From contig OX597828.1 in assembly GCA_951406725.2 (NCBI GenBank), positions 29,574,001-29,638,000 of the forward strand: a DNA stretch of 64,000 nucleotides. The letters are read 5' to 3'. Below, in pieces: positions 41,400 to 56,080 of the stretch (the stretch's first letter is position 1; each line of letters begins with the position of its first letter). The notes under the pieces are model-generated. The model did not search any database and was not told the DNA's origin. It saw only the letters and a program-made list of their open reading frames with translations. The stretch comes from Octopus vulgaris. Its lineage: Eukaryota. The position numbers were made by a program, and so were the translations under genes.

Positions 41400-41700
41400 T
41401 TTTCGCAGGAAGGAAAGTTTCTTGTCGAAGATATGTCTCGCTTTTATCCTTCGAAACGTAGAATAGATGAAACCATAGCGACTAAAGAAGGGTTTTTTTC
41501 TTTGTGTTAATTGTCCTGTACTCTATTTTTTTGTTGTTTAAAAAAATGTCCAGTTCCTTTGGTTTGTGTCTATGTTTTCGTTTCTCATTGTGTTCGACGT
41601 CCTTTTGGTGTCATGTACTCATATATGCGTGCATATGTACATGTAGAGGTAGGTACGTACATATATGTTTATATATATGCATATGTTTTATTTATTAATA
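41397..41700 (+). mobile_element. Solo copy of the 38.8-kb terminal repeat
   Basis: GCTTTTCGCAGGAAGGAAAG...TTCGAAACGTAGA...GCATATGTTTTATT, flanked by (TA)n on both sides. Confidence 0.92.
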
Positions 41701-42134
41701 ATATATATATATATATATATATTTCCGAGGCAGAAAAAGTGAAACAACCACTACCAATATTACTGCAACCTTCACTGAATTCACCACAATAACTGCTACT
41801 AGTAAGGTAGATGAGTACTAGAGCCACTGAGTGTCTTACTTGCAGCTGGTGATCCATTAACTAGCAGATGGCTGCTATGTGATGTTGAGAGGGGAAAGAA
41901 GTTAAAGTGCAGAACTGATATTATGAAAGATTAATTTGATCTATTTTAATTTAGTTTTACTTTTATTTCAGCATGACCTGATCGTCCCTTTAAAGCGATT
42001 GAAACCGGTAACTTTTTAGTTAAAGTGTAAATACTATCTTATGTCTCACTATGATGATGTTCTCAAAGCGTTTTCTCATATTCTCTTTATAAATTTAGTC
42101 TTATGGAACTTCTTTCCCTCATATCTACCTATGT

Positions 42135-42425
<291 letters not shown>

Positions 42426-42876
42426 CTAGAGACAATAAAAGGAGTTGAGTGAGAGAGAGGATTCACCAACAAACCAATGTATTGATACTCATACGCAGAC
42501 ACAGAAGCTCTACACAATGCATGTTATGCAAGTCTTGAAGACATTAAAAATTCCTGTCTTTACGTAACATGTTGTCAAATTGGTTAGTAAGCATATTTTC
42601 GGTAATTTTACAAGTACAATGAATGAAATACACATTCCAACAAAACTAACCCTATAATTTTCTATTGCTTCCCGAATCATTCACAATGTTCACTATTTAT
42701 TGAATTTCTCTGCAGTTTTTCTGAGTCGTCTGTTTCGTTGAACGCTACAGAAGTACCTGACGGCACTTAGAAAGCAAATCCACCATATTATTTTGAAAAC
42801 GTGACGACATATTCTCCTAAGTTCTTCAGAGATATCTTCAACCATAATAACGTCATAACAGATTTATATGTGTGTA

Positions 42877-42907
<31 letters not shown>

Positions 42908-43104
42908 GTCTATGTATTTGTGTCGGCGTTTACGTACATGTGTGTGCATGTGTGTTTGTGAGTACATGCGTGTGTGCATGTATATGTGTATGTATGTATG
43001 CTTATATATTTATATATATATGCTTTCTCTCTTTCTCTCTCCCCCTCTGTGTATGTGTTTGCGCATAAATATATATATGCACACATATATATATATGTAT
43101 ATGC

Positions 43105-43151
<47 letters not shown>

Positions 43152-43192
43152 TATATTTATATTTCTACTTGCGTTATGTACACACGCACGTA

Positions 43193-43280
<88 letters not shown>

Positions 43281-43451
43281 AACACACACAAATACACACA
43301 CACGCACACATCCATGTAATTTTCATGGCGGAAGAAATCATCTCGACAGAATTTATGACGAAAACAGGAAAATAGGTTATCATCCATTGAAATTATTCGC
43401 TGGATTTGTTTAGTTTGCGCCGCCAGGGATTACTGTAATGTTTACTCGCCA

Positions 43452-43512
<61 letters not shown>

Positions 43513-43554
43513 CCACACACACACACGCATACACACACACACATCCACACACGA

Positions 43555-43597
<43 letters not shown>

Positions 43598-43744
43598 GGC
43601 ATAAATTCAATAATAATATTCGTTGATATAGCGTCAATTATCCCGAATATCAAAACAGTACAAAATACTTGTATAAGAGTAGAAATTAAATTAGCCGCAG
43701 CAACTATGCTATTATCCTCTCATTAGAATGCCTCCTTCATCAGT

Positions 43745-44132
<388 letters not shown>

Positions 44133-44725
44133 AAACGATGCCCTCCAATCACACACAAATTTCGTTATTTGACTGTAGAAGAGAACTGTTCTTAGAAATT
44201 TTTCTACTCTTTTGTTATTAAAGCGACCAGTATCCTGTGGAAGCTTGTTTTTTTTTGTTATTTTATTAAATCTTACCTATTTGTTTTGCTTTAATCCTTA
44301 ACATGCTGCGAGAATTTTCTGGAAGGAGAGGTGAGTGGGGGGTTGGAGGGAGGGAGATGTAGGAACAGAAACAAACAACATCGAGGCACAACATCAAAGT
44401 CGACAACTATGACAACCGCCATCAATACCACCGCCACAGATGTCGTTGGCAGCAAAACCGCCAGACCTGCGTTGAAGGCAGCGGTGGCAGCAGCAGCAGC
44501 AGCAGCAATAGCAGCAGCAGCAGCAATAGCAGCAGCAACCCTAACTTTAACCCATCGAGGAAAGAGAAGAACAAATTGTGACAGTGAGAGCAGCATGATT
44601 GCCATCACCAGAACTGCCAGTACGGGCAGCAGCAGCAGCAGCAGCAGAAAATACTGATAAATAGCAACAATATTACCACCACCACCTCCACCACCACCAC
44701 CACCACCACCACCACCACCACCACC

Positions 44726-44920
44726 AAATGTTTAGCGGCATTTCGTCTGTCTTTATGATCAGAGTTCAAATTCCGCCGAGGTCGACTTTGCCTTTCATCC
44801 TTTCGGGGTCGATAAATTAAGTACCAGTTACGCACTGGGATCGATGTAATCGACTTAATCCCTTTTTCTGTCCTTGTTTGTCCTCCCTATGTTTAGCCCC
44901 TTGTGGGCAATAAAGAAATA
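44726..44920 (+). mobile_element. SINE-B, 5' truncated
   Basis: Core and AAAGAAAT tail. Confidence 0.88.
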
Positions 44921-47831
44921 AGAAAAATTTCAGATGACACGGCTGGTTCGTCAAGAGAATCCGCTTTCATCTGTACCCCAAACTCTTCTTAAAATACTGA
45001 ATCGACATCTCATTTGATCTGGGATGCGAGACAATCGTGCAGAAGACATCAGTGTAATGGTGCCTGACACAACGCACATCGAGGTGATCAGTATCCTCTT
45101 TAAAGGAATACAACACTTCGATGGTGACAAGGTTTTTCTCGGATAAATTGATGTCTTGTAGCTCGGCACAGGAAGTAGCAAGTAGCGCGCAATGGGTTCC
45201 GTTGAAGATTTTTCGGGTCCATTTCGATCTAGACATCCAGGTGGAGCGAAAAGAGACTCATTGTACCGGTTGCATACAGCCTGTTATTGATTTTAGCATC
45301 TTTTTTTATTATTTCTGTAAGTATTTGTTGCTCGGTTTATTTTTCTGATGTATCTGGCAGGATTTTGACCACAGAAATACTTTCCTTTGCATTTTGTATT
45401 CAATGTGTTTTGGAATTCAGTTTGTATTCTGACTTGTATTTTTTATTCCATTTCTGTTGTTTTGTCTTTATCTAAAAAACATTTCCCTTAATTTACCTTC
45501 TCAAGTATGGTTACTTTGCAATTTGTACTTGTTTTTGTTTCCTTATATATAGAGAAAAGACTTGTTTTAGCTTTCCTTGTATCCCTAATACACTAATCAG
45601 TTTTCATTTGCTTGCTCCTATTTTCACATGGTATTGTGGTTGTATTTTCTAACTATTTTGCCCGTTTTATTCATTTATGTATTTATACCACAAAATACTT
45701 TTTGTTTAGTAATCAATCAAGGCCATGCTAAGGTTTGTTTTCTGCTTCTTGTTGACTTTTATATAATTACAATGAATTAGATCAGAATTACCTGCGCACA
45801 TACTTAGAAACAGATAAGACTGATACGATAAAACCAGTAGAAATGGAGAGAAAACTTAGAAAAAGTTAGGATAAAAAAGTTAAATTAATATAAATCACTG
45901 AACTCGATGTTAAAAATAGGTATAAATGTACAAGCTCTCCTAATCACAAATTTCACTTCCAACATGATAAAGAAGATGATAAATGAATTCATGAGCTTAG
46001 AAATGAAAAACCAGGTAACTTCAAACAATGTTTCGGGCTCTTATACAAATAGAAATCTAATATACAGTATCATCAGAGAAACTAGAAAGATATTTCTAAT
46101 TTAATGTTCCTAGCTTTAGTTAATCTCACTAAATCCTCATATAGTAGTTTTGGCACATCTGCCTGATCCCATTCTCATGACTGTGTCTTTATAGTGTTAT
46201 GTGCTTTTGTCCTTTTGTTAATCTGACTTTTGTATTACACTTTCCTAATTTTCTCCATCGTATCTTCGTGTTATTTATTTTTTTCGGTTTCATTTACTCT
46301 TAAGTATTTGGACGGTTCTGATCTAATTCCGGGATTAATGTCTAATTTTTATTGTTTGACAGTGGTATGGATATTCTTGGATAAGTTGGTGGCTTGCAGC
46401 TCGGCGCAGGAAGTTGCAAGAAAACGTCAGGCAGTGTTGTTTCTACTTAAAGTTTGCTTTGCAGTCCGTGGTTTCAAGTTCAATCCCACTGCGCAGCACC
46501 TTGGGAAAATATCTTCTACTACGGCTTCGGTCAGATAAGTACCTTGTTAGCAAATTTTGTTGACGGAAACTGTGGGGAAGCCTGTCTTATATATATGCAT
46601 ATATATGTATGTATATATATTTGTGTTTTGCCGTCTCCCCATCGCTCAACAACAGATTTTGGTTTGTTGAAATCTCGGTTACTTAAAAGTTATATCTTGG
46701 TTGAATACAAGAACAAAATTCCGTAGTTTTTTTTCGCATTGGATAGTAACTGCTGTATATATTTTCAAACCATCCATATAAAACTGACAAAATATAATTC
46801 ATCTGTATTCTATGACTATTGCTGGTTTCATTCATTAGGTAAGTTACTGTTGTTGGTAACAATAACTGTCATCTTTTGATCAGCTCTAACACAATTAACA
46901 ATTATAATGACCCTTTGTAGAAGATTATTCTTCTTGCAAGTATAGTACTAGATGTAATTATCTTCTTTTTATTATATTTGTTTTTTTTTTAAATTTTGGC
47001 ACAAGACCGGCAATCTTGTGGTGGTGAAATTAATTACATTTGACTCTATTGCTCTACTGTTACGTATTTCACCGATCCTGAAAGGAAGGAAGATGAAGTC
47101 GATCTTGGCGATATTTGAGCCGGGAGAAACTCAGGAAGTTTATCAAGAGCAGCAACGATTCTGCCAGTTTGCCGCCCTATTCTTCCAGAAATAATGGCTT
47201 GAAATTTTAGCACAAGATCAGCAATTTTAAAGGAGTTGGGGTAATCGATTGCAGCATCAACCAAGTAATCAGGTGGTGCTTATTTTATGGACCTAAAAAA
47301 TATGAAAGGCAAATGCCGACCTCAAAAGCATTTGAACTCGGAACGGAAAGAGCCAGCAGCAATGTTGCTAAGCATTTTATTGGGTGCGGCATTTTATTCT
47401 ACCAGTTCGCTGCCGAATCTTTCCAGAAATAAAAATAATCATTATCAGTCAATTATTAGTTAAATCGATGCATAGTTTCTTCCTAAATTTTGTACCTGTA
47501 TGAATGTCATAAACCACTTTTCAGGATAGTGTTTAGTGGAATCGGTTAAGAAGGAAAAGAGAAAGATTTATTGCCGTTTCTTTCAGTTCTGTTCAAATCT
47601 TATCGAGATAAATTTTCTCCTTTCATTTTCAGTCAGTCGGTAAAATATGTTAAGTATAAGGATTGGTTCAACCGATAACATTTTTTCCCTCCAGATATTT
47701 ATAGTCATCTAATTGTAGTTGTTTTGTAATTGGTGAGGTTGTGGGTGATAAATACGGAAAAAAAATAGGAGCACTTCAAGCCGGAGGAATTTATGAAGAT
47801 GACTGTTATGATGATAACGATACTACCGCTG

Positions 47832-47867
<36 letters not shown>

Positions 47868-48376
47868 ATAATGACGATGACGACAAAGACGACAAGAGCG
47901 ATGGTAATAAGGATGGTGGTGGATGTTGTTGTTGATGCAGTAGCCAAAAGCTATTAGAAAATAATCCAGCAACATACAAAAGGAAGAAGTAATGATGGAA
48001 CACGTACACGCGCCAGGAAAAAAAACACAGCAAATCAAAAAAAATATCAATGGAAAAAAAATATGAAAAGAATATTTCGTTCAAAAGAAACATTCGTAAA
48101 AAAAAATGGTAAACGTTTAGGTGTACTATTATTTCTGACATGTTATTGTAAGTGGAGAAAACAAGTAATTGCCTTTAGAAGATTTAAACGGGACACAAAC
48201 ACACACATGTAAGTGTATATATACATACATAAATACAAGTGCTTGTGTATATATATGTATATATATAGCCTTCGGGCTAAAACATTTTTAAAGGATTTTA
48301 AGGATTTATATTATATATTATATATTATATATTATATATATATTATATATATATATTATATATATATATATATATT

Positions 48377-48438
<62 letters not shown>

Positions 48439-49099
48439 TATGTACATATATATACATATATATATGTGCGTATATTTGTGTGTCTGTGTGTGTGTGTGTG
48501 TGTACCCGCACATGTAAATGACAAAAAGGGGAGAAAACTGTTATTTTTGGTTTTCTCAAAAAAAAAAAAGTCTCCCCTGCTGTAAATTAATGAGAAAAGA
48601 ACCTGAAAGCAATTTGTTTTTGGGAAATGTCTGGAAGAAATGGATCAAAACAGAATTAGAGGAATTCCTAAGAAGAAATAAAAAAAAGCGGGGTAAATAG
48701 CGAAACCACCTAATACACTTGAAGATTGTGATGATTGGTTTCTTATTGAAGAATATTTATGATGATTGGTTTCTCAATCGTCTCCGTCTTATTACAGAAG
48801 CCGCATCCAAAGTGATTTGCTTTTATGCTTAGAGACCCTGCAAAATATTTCAACCTTGAGCAATTGTTCTCATTAAAAAAGAGTCAAAGACACGAAACAG
48901 CACAAAATGAAAATGAAGTCTAAGCCAACAGCTTTTGCTGTTATTGCCGTTGTTTTGAATATACTCAGTTTTCGTCCCAACGGACCTATGATCAAAGACT
49001 TTCCTGTTATGACCATTCCATCTTAAATTTTTTTTAGCTGGTGTGGGTTGTTAGTACATCTGTTTTTGTAATCGCAATAATTACTACTAATGTAAGACA

Positions 49100-49520
49100 T
49101 CAAATGAATCTTCTAAAGGCCCTGATATCCTGGGCAGAGCAGAGCAGTGTATGGGTGTGAGGTAAGGATGTTAAGTTAGGGCTAACAGTTAGCGACTTAG
49201 AGCGTTCAAGATGATGTACTGCGGATCCGTTGCGTGATCCGCAGAACGAACGATTTTGTCTTGGAATAGTTGAGCGCAGATCAATTTCTGATAAGAAGAG
49301 TCATACGGTTGAATCTGCAATATTTTAGTCCCGTTATTGAGGTTCGGAAGCTCTGTTCTTCCATCCCGGTTGCTCGGCGGAAAGAAAAAGAGCTCGCAGT
49401 AACAAAGACGAGGAGGGTGACAGATATGAGGGACTAACCTGGAAAACCTTGGCGTGGTGGTTTACAAGGGGTGGAGGCTGTGTCTGAACCATTCAACCCT
49501 CAGTTATGATGATGATGATA
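49100..49520 (+). mobile_element. Old RTE/BovB-like LINE 3' fragment
   Basis: AVYGCE, LRAFKMMYC and RLNLQYFSPV resemble RTE C-terminal YGCETW / LRAFEMWC / RKLQYFGH; (ATG)n tail at ~49506. Confidence 0.55.
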
Positions 49521-50190
49521 TACATTCATTCATTCATTCATTCATAACTACATTATCCAAAATATAGTTTATCATGAAAATGAGTGGTGATTTGAAGAAT
49601 AATTATCTGCTATTTCTAGTGAATCGAATAATTTCTAGTGGCGTTTCCTTCCACTGTCAAACCAGAACTAATTATCTTATTCTTATAAGGGCACGTAACA
49701 TTAGAAAAGTGCTTCTCCGATACTGTAGATCTCTATAACAGAGAAGAGTTAAGGTTAGTAATGTGAGACAATGAGCGGAGTTCAAAGCAGTCATGCTGGG
49801 CTTACATTGCTGTCCTACCAGTTGTTACAGCGCTTTGGGGCAAATGTCGTCTATTACAGACTCCGTGTCAATGATACTGAGTCTGTGTGTGTGTGTGTGT
49901 ATGTTTGTGTACCCGCACATGTAAATGACAAAAAGGGGAGAAAACTGTTATTTTTGTTTTTTTTTCAAAATACCAGTGATTGGAATTGGTAAGCGAAAAC
50001 TGTATCGAAGACGGTCGTATATGTAGACGTATATGCACACACACACACACACACACCCACCACACCCACACACACACACACACACCCACACACACACAGA
50101 CACACACACACACAAACACACACACACAGACACACACACACATACAGACACACACACACAAACACACACGCACCCACAAGCGCGCTCGCC

Positions 50191-50365
50191 TAGGCGGCGA
50201 GTTGACAGATTCTTTAACGCGCCTGGCAAAATGCTTAACAACATTTAGTCCATCTTTACGTTCTGAGTTCAAATGCCACTGGGGTCTAATTTGGCTTTCA
50301 TCCTTCCGGGGTCGATCAATTAAATACCAGTACCGGGGTTGGTATAATCGACTTACCCCACTCCT
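50191..50365 (+). mobile_element. SINE-B, diverged
   Basis: GGCGGCGAGTTGACAGA head and core. Confidence 0.8.
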
Positions 50366-50397
50366 CAAAAAAGTATTATTATTAATATTATTATTAC

Positions 50398-51307
50398 TTT
50401 TTTTTTTCTTCTTTCAAATTTGCTTCCATTTCTTGCCGAGTGTCTTCCCGACTCCTAGGGCAAAGAAACAGTATACAATGTTAGGCCATTAAACCAAACT
50501 CAGTAGTTCGTTCATTTTTTTAATTTTTTTTTTTTTAAAGTTAAATTAAAATACATGAGCAGCAACAGTTCTCACATCGACAATGCTCTTCTCAATACGT
50601 GTGATGTACCAGTTAAGACAATCTTTTGCACTTCTTGCAGGGATGGTAAGCCAGGGATCATTCTCATATAATTTTCGGTTCCCTTCCTGATCATTCCTAG
50701 TGCTCCTACGATCACTGGTATTGTAACCGCCTTGAGATGCCACATTTTCTCAATTTCAATGAGTAGGTCTTTATATTTTCTGAGCTTGTCAAACTCTTTC
50801 GTTGAGATATTATGATCACAGGGGATGCTCATGTCGATCAATAAGCAAACTTTATTGTTTTGGTCTTTCACAACAATATCTGGTTTATTGGCCTTGATGG
50901 TTCGGTCTGCATGTACTGGAAAGTCCCACAGAATGGTTACATTTTCTCCTTCAGTTACAGCCTCAGGGTGGTGATTATACCACTTGTCGGCAGTTTTGAT
51001 ATTGTAATGCCGACTTATTAGCCAGTGGAGATATTGGCCAACTCTGTCATGTCTTAATTTATACTCCACTGGTGCTAAGACTTTACATCCAGAGATTAGG
51101 TGGTCCACTGTTTCAATCATGTCGTTGCAGAATCGGCATTTTGGGTCTGCTCCATTTTTCCTCACATTGGCCTGGTAGTTCCGGGTTAATAGGCTTTGAT
51201 CTTGAGCAGCCAGGATGAAACCTTCGCTCTCTGCTTTTAGCCCTGAGCTCCGTAGCCACTGATGGGTTTACTTCTGGTCAACATCAGCTTGTTTGCTGCG
51301 GGTCAAC
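50398..51307 (-). mobile_element. R4/Dong-clade LINE, 5' truncated (zinc knuckle + RLE)
   Basis: ORF 50572-51165: CRFC..ETVDHLISGC..RHD..WDF..KPDIV..IDMSIP..K..KY..PVIVGALG; (TAA)n at both ends. Confidence 0.93.
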
Positions 51308-51309
51308 AA

Positions 51310-51376
<67 letters not shown>

Positions 51377-54300
51377 GTCTTTGTACAACTTATAACGCTG
51401 GAGATGTACTACGATGTCAGCTGTTCACTAACAGTGAACTAAGGTAACATCCCTTATTTTTCGAGCACTATCAGGAGTATTTGAGCGGTTCGAAACAGTG
51501 CTGTTTTCTGCAAGTGCTCCACCCTTATTGCAGCCCATATTTGTTCTATGTACTTCTCAAGATTTTTACTCACTGTTCCCAGGGCTCCGACAATTATTGG
51601 CACTATTACCACCTTTTTTCATCGATAACAACTGCTTAACCGCCCAAGCTAACCTGTCATATCTATCGAATTTTCTTTCTTCCTTATCCTGTTGTCAACT
51701 GGGCGTGCTATATCTATGATCCAGTATCATTTGCTTACTTTCTCAATTAACACTATGTCTGGTTTCCTATTCTCTATCTCATGGTCGCACTTGATCATAC
51801 ATTCCCACAGGATCTTCACATTATCATTTTAGATGATGCCTTCGGGTTTATGTTCGTACAACCTTTTTGCTCAGTCAAGCCCATACTTGTTGCAACGTTT
51901 TCAGTCTGGGCTAGTGGGATACATTGACTGGTAATATGCATATTGTTTCACCACTTTGGCAACAAATTCTGCACTTATGACTTTCTGATATGTTGTCTAT
52001 TCTGTATTTGATGTAATTCGTTCTTACTGCTTGCTTTTGGGCAGCACATATTAGAGCCTCCGTTTCCAATTTTAAATCACATTTAGTCATCCACAGCCAT
52101 CTTTTTTCTCTGTCTGTCTTATCTTCAACATCTTTATGAAAGTGTCTATGCATTCTTTATCCACCTAGTTTCATATTCATTCATTCTCAAGTGCTTGAAC
52201 AGTGCTTTATCTTTGCAATCTTCCATCCTACACAAGCCTGACGTTCATACTTCCAACAATAGCGGTTCTGTGGCATGTTTTATTTACCATGCTATGTTGT
52301 TTACTTCTGCGTTACTGCTGTGTTCGCATCCAATTAGTCCTCTTCCTCCTCTTTTTCTCGGTAAATACAGTCCGTCTATGTCCTTTTATTGGTGTAGTAT
52401 CCCATATCTTGTCAGCAATGTCCTTGTCTTTCTGTCTGAGCTGTTTAGTTCGTCTACTGTCCATACGATTACTCTTGCTCCATATCTAAGTTGTGAAACC
52501 GCCCCGGTGTTGATAGCTTCAATCTTATCCCGTCCGTTTAATTTCTACTTAAGGATCAGTCTCAGTCTGCGCAAGTACTCCACCTTAAATTTTTCTGTCA
52601 TTTCTTTCTCCATCAATTTCTCCATTTCCCAAATCCCCAAATACTTATAGCCCGTCTCTTCTGTCTGCTTCATAACCTCTCCTGACGGTATCGCTAACCC
52701 GTCAATACATTTAATTTTGCCTCACAAATACACCACACCTTTTCAGTACGAACTCCATTCTGATATCAACACTGAAAGTATACACCGAGGGAATTGACTT
52801 GGAATTCATCCTTACCATAAAGTCTGAGTCATGAATAACAAGTAGTTGACTTTTTGTTGGTGGCTCTTGAATACATTCCCAGCCTTTGCTCTCCTCAGAA
52901 TCAGTGTCAGTGGTATCATGCACAGTACAAAGATCAGTGGGGACAGGCAGTTACCCTGGAAGTTGTCCCTCCTGATTTCTGTTGTCCCTTAACTTCTTCC
53001 ATATGCTGTAAGTTCCGTCCTGCACTTCGCCATACTAAATAGGTTCAGACAGTCTATAATCCAAGAATCTGGAATCATACCGCACGCCTTACGAAAATCG
53101 ATCCATGACATGGCTAAGTTACTTTTCCTTCTCTTGCAGTCTCTAAGTACAGTTTTGTCTACCAGGTGTTGATCCTTGTTCCCTCTGCACTTACGCTTGC
53201 AACCCTTCTGCTCATATTTTCCCTCATGTCCGTACATTGATTTTGCGACTATATCAGTCAATAATTTCCACATAAATGGCAAGCAGGTTATCGGCCTGTA
53301 ATTGTCTTTTTCAATGTTTGTCAAGCACAGCAGTGTCCTACCCAATGTCAACCACTCTGGTGTTACTTGGTCAGCATTTAACGAGGTGTTGAGTCGCGGA
53401 GCTATTCGTGCATGGCATTCACCAAATCTTTTGATCCAATAGACTTGAACTCCATCTGCTCCCGGAGCCTTCCAGTTGCTCATGGTTTTGCTGATTTCCT
53501 TCACTTCCCTAACTGAAATGACTAGTTCTTCCTGTTTTTGACAGACTACTGTTTGCTTCAGTTCTTGCAACCATTCATCATCCTTCTTGTGCTCCTGTCT
53601 TTGCTCCAGATGTCACTCCAAACACTTTTTACTTTCAATGTTATCTAGTATCAACTTTTCATCTGTACACTCTCCATTTATTTATTTCTAGAATCTATTC
53701 TGATCTACTCTGAATAATCTATTCTGCTGGTAACCCTTCATTATTTGGTCATATCTTACCAGCTTTGCTTTCTCTGCAACGAGGCGCTGCTTCAGTTCCC
53801 CTATTACCACTTTCAGTCCATTTCTTTCAATATCATACTTTCTGTTCAGTGCCCTTTATTATTTTCACTTTTAAGCTCCCCTTCTTCTTTTCGATCTAAC
53901 ACAGAAATGTCCTTCGAGAGCATATCTAATACCACCTGTATTCTTCTTTTCCATCATGGAGCTTTTCTTTTGTCACTCACATTATATTTCCTTTTCTTGA
54001 CATCAACACCCAGATTTTCTACTACAACAATGCTTGGTGCATTGATCAAATTATTTCTTTCTGCGATGCTTTTTGTTCTAATGTATTCCAGAATTTCATT
54101 CACATTTTTCGTTTCTTGGTTCATTTTCCACCGATCAGCCATTTAAAGTTTGCAAATAACATTGCTGTCGTTCTCTTGTGGCCTTGCCTTTATTCTGCGT
54201 AGATTACCTTTTGCCCATTTGTCATGTCACCATTAGTTTTATTGTCTTCTTCCAGACCCTATATTTCTCATCAAACAAGCTATCACTGTTCCTTTCCTGT

Positions 54301-54877
54301 GGTTTACTAGAGATTTCACCTCTGTTTTATGCTATGAGATTACTTTTATCAGTAAGAACAGTATTTTCATCGTTTCCTCTGCTTTCCAATACCCGTCTTT
54401 TGATAGCTTCGAGCTCTACCTCAATGAACCAACGATTCTTTTGTTATTGCTCTAGCTTGATCACATAATCTCTGTTCTGTGAGTTGAAAGAATCCTCTTT
54501 CACTGTATTGATCATACATACGTTGTCGGTATCCCCAAATATGAGCACCATTTTTGTCTACGGGGTTGCTCAGGTTGTAACATATCATGACCATAGCATT
54601 GACTTGTTTGTTCCATCTACGCCGTGTGTGACGGTCCATTGCTGGATAACGTCAAGCTGGAGCCGGACCAGAATCTCCGAGCCTACCGGGTGTAACACTG
54701 TCACCATCAAGGGCTTCAGTTTCATTACCACCGTTAATCACAATATTTTGTTTTTTTCATTGTTACTCATATGAGGTAACGATTATCAGGTTGTGCAATT
54801 ACCAGTGTTTTTATTGTGACACCATCACTTGATGTATCATCGATCAGGATATTCGTAGAGTCCAACTGCTTCCTTTC
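51377..54877 (-). mobile_element. Near full-length decayed R4/Dong-clade LINE (RT + RLE)
   Basis: GYRQRM..TEQRLCDQARAI; NWKAPGADG; NYRPITCLP..WKLLT; EQKGC; WIDFRKA; FQGNCLSPLIFVLCM; ETEALICAAQ; CRIC. Probable ATG at 54770; (TAA)n at 51308-51376 and degenerate at ~54878-54895. Confidence 0.92.
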
Positions 54878-55199
54878 ATTGTTATTATTATCATCACTGA
54901 TATTATTACTTTCATTGTTTACTATTTGTCATTGTTAGTATCTCCTTTGATCCGTCATGTTATTAACAATTTCGTGTTAATACTAGGCTCAGCGTCTTAT
55001 CTATTGGCCTAGACAATTTAACAGAGCACCACTTCTATAAGCCCTCACGTCACACAGTTGTTAATGTTGATTTCAGTTGGGTCACGCCCTTCCAATTGCT
55101 ATAGATTCGTAATGCATCTTACGGCTGTGCGCCCGTCACCTGGGTGGTGAGGAATCCTACATTGGGAGTGGTAACAACTAGGGTAGAGTAACTGAATGC

Positions 55200-55396
55200 T
55201 TATTGTGATCATTCGTCTTTTGGTTTCCATGTGGCACGATTACAATTTTTTCAGGGTGTGTAAAAAGGGAAATAACCCTCATCTGCAATTTTGATGAAAT
55301 TCGAAACATAGATATTCCAGTTCATTCAGAAAATATAACAGAAAAGTCTAATTCTTCAATTGAATGTAACCGGGCAACGCCGGGTATCTCTGATAG
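55200..55396 (+). mobile_element. Non-autonomous Helitron 3' end
   Basis: CCGGGCAACGCCGGG hairpin then TATCTCTGATAG|T (CTAG variant), same terminus family as 2251-2634; 5' boundary uncertain. Confidence 0.7.
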
Positions 55397-55452
55397 TATA
55401 TGTATATATGTATATATGTACATGTATATATATGTATATATATATATATATG

Positions 55453-55623
<171 letters not shown>

Positions 55624-56032
55624 ATATATATAATTATGCTTAATGCTTTTGTGATCAATAATGACAAGTCTTTGGCGTTTGTTTTTATTCGATTCGCTTT
55701 TGTTTATACATTACTTAATGTTATTTTGTGATATTAAAATGCGTTCATGTATTTGTGATATGCACTTAATGATTTTTTATTCGCTCTTTACTGTATTCAC
55801 CTTTTTTAAAGGACATACTTTTATTCTTAATAATTTTCATAACGCCATTGTAACCTAATTTCCTTCCTCTATTTAGATATGTATATTAGATTTTTGTATA
55901 TTTGTGTATATATATAAGTTTTAATATTTTATCGACTGATACACTGGTATATTCTAAAGACTGATATACATTGATCTATGGCAAAATATATGTATAATTA
56001 AATTGTTGAATCTATCTGAAATTGTCCTTAAC

Positions 56033-56077
<45 letters not shown>

Positions 56078-56080
<3 letters not shown>

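Noticed and set aside
54775-54880. HDV-like ribozyme expected in the 5'UTR of an RLE LINE
   Set aside because: I could not identify the nested double-pseudoknot pairings by eye.
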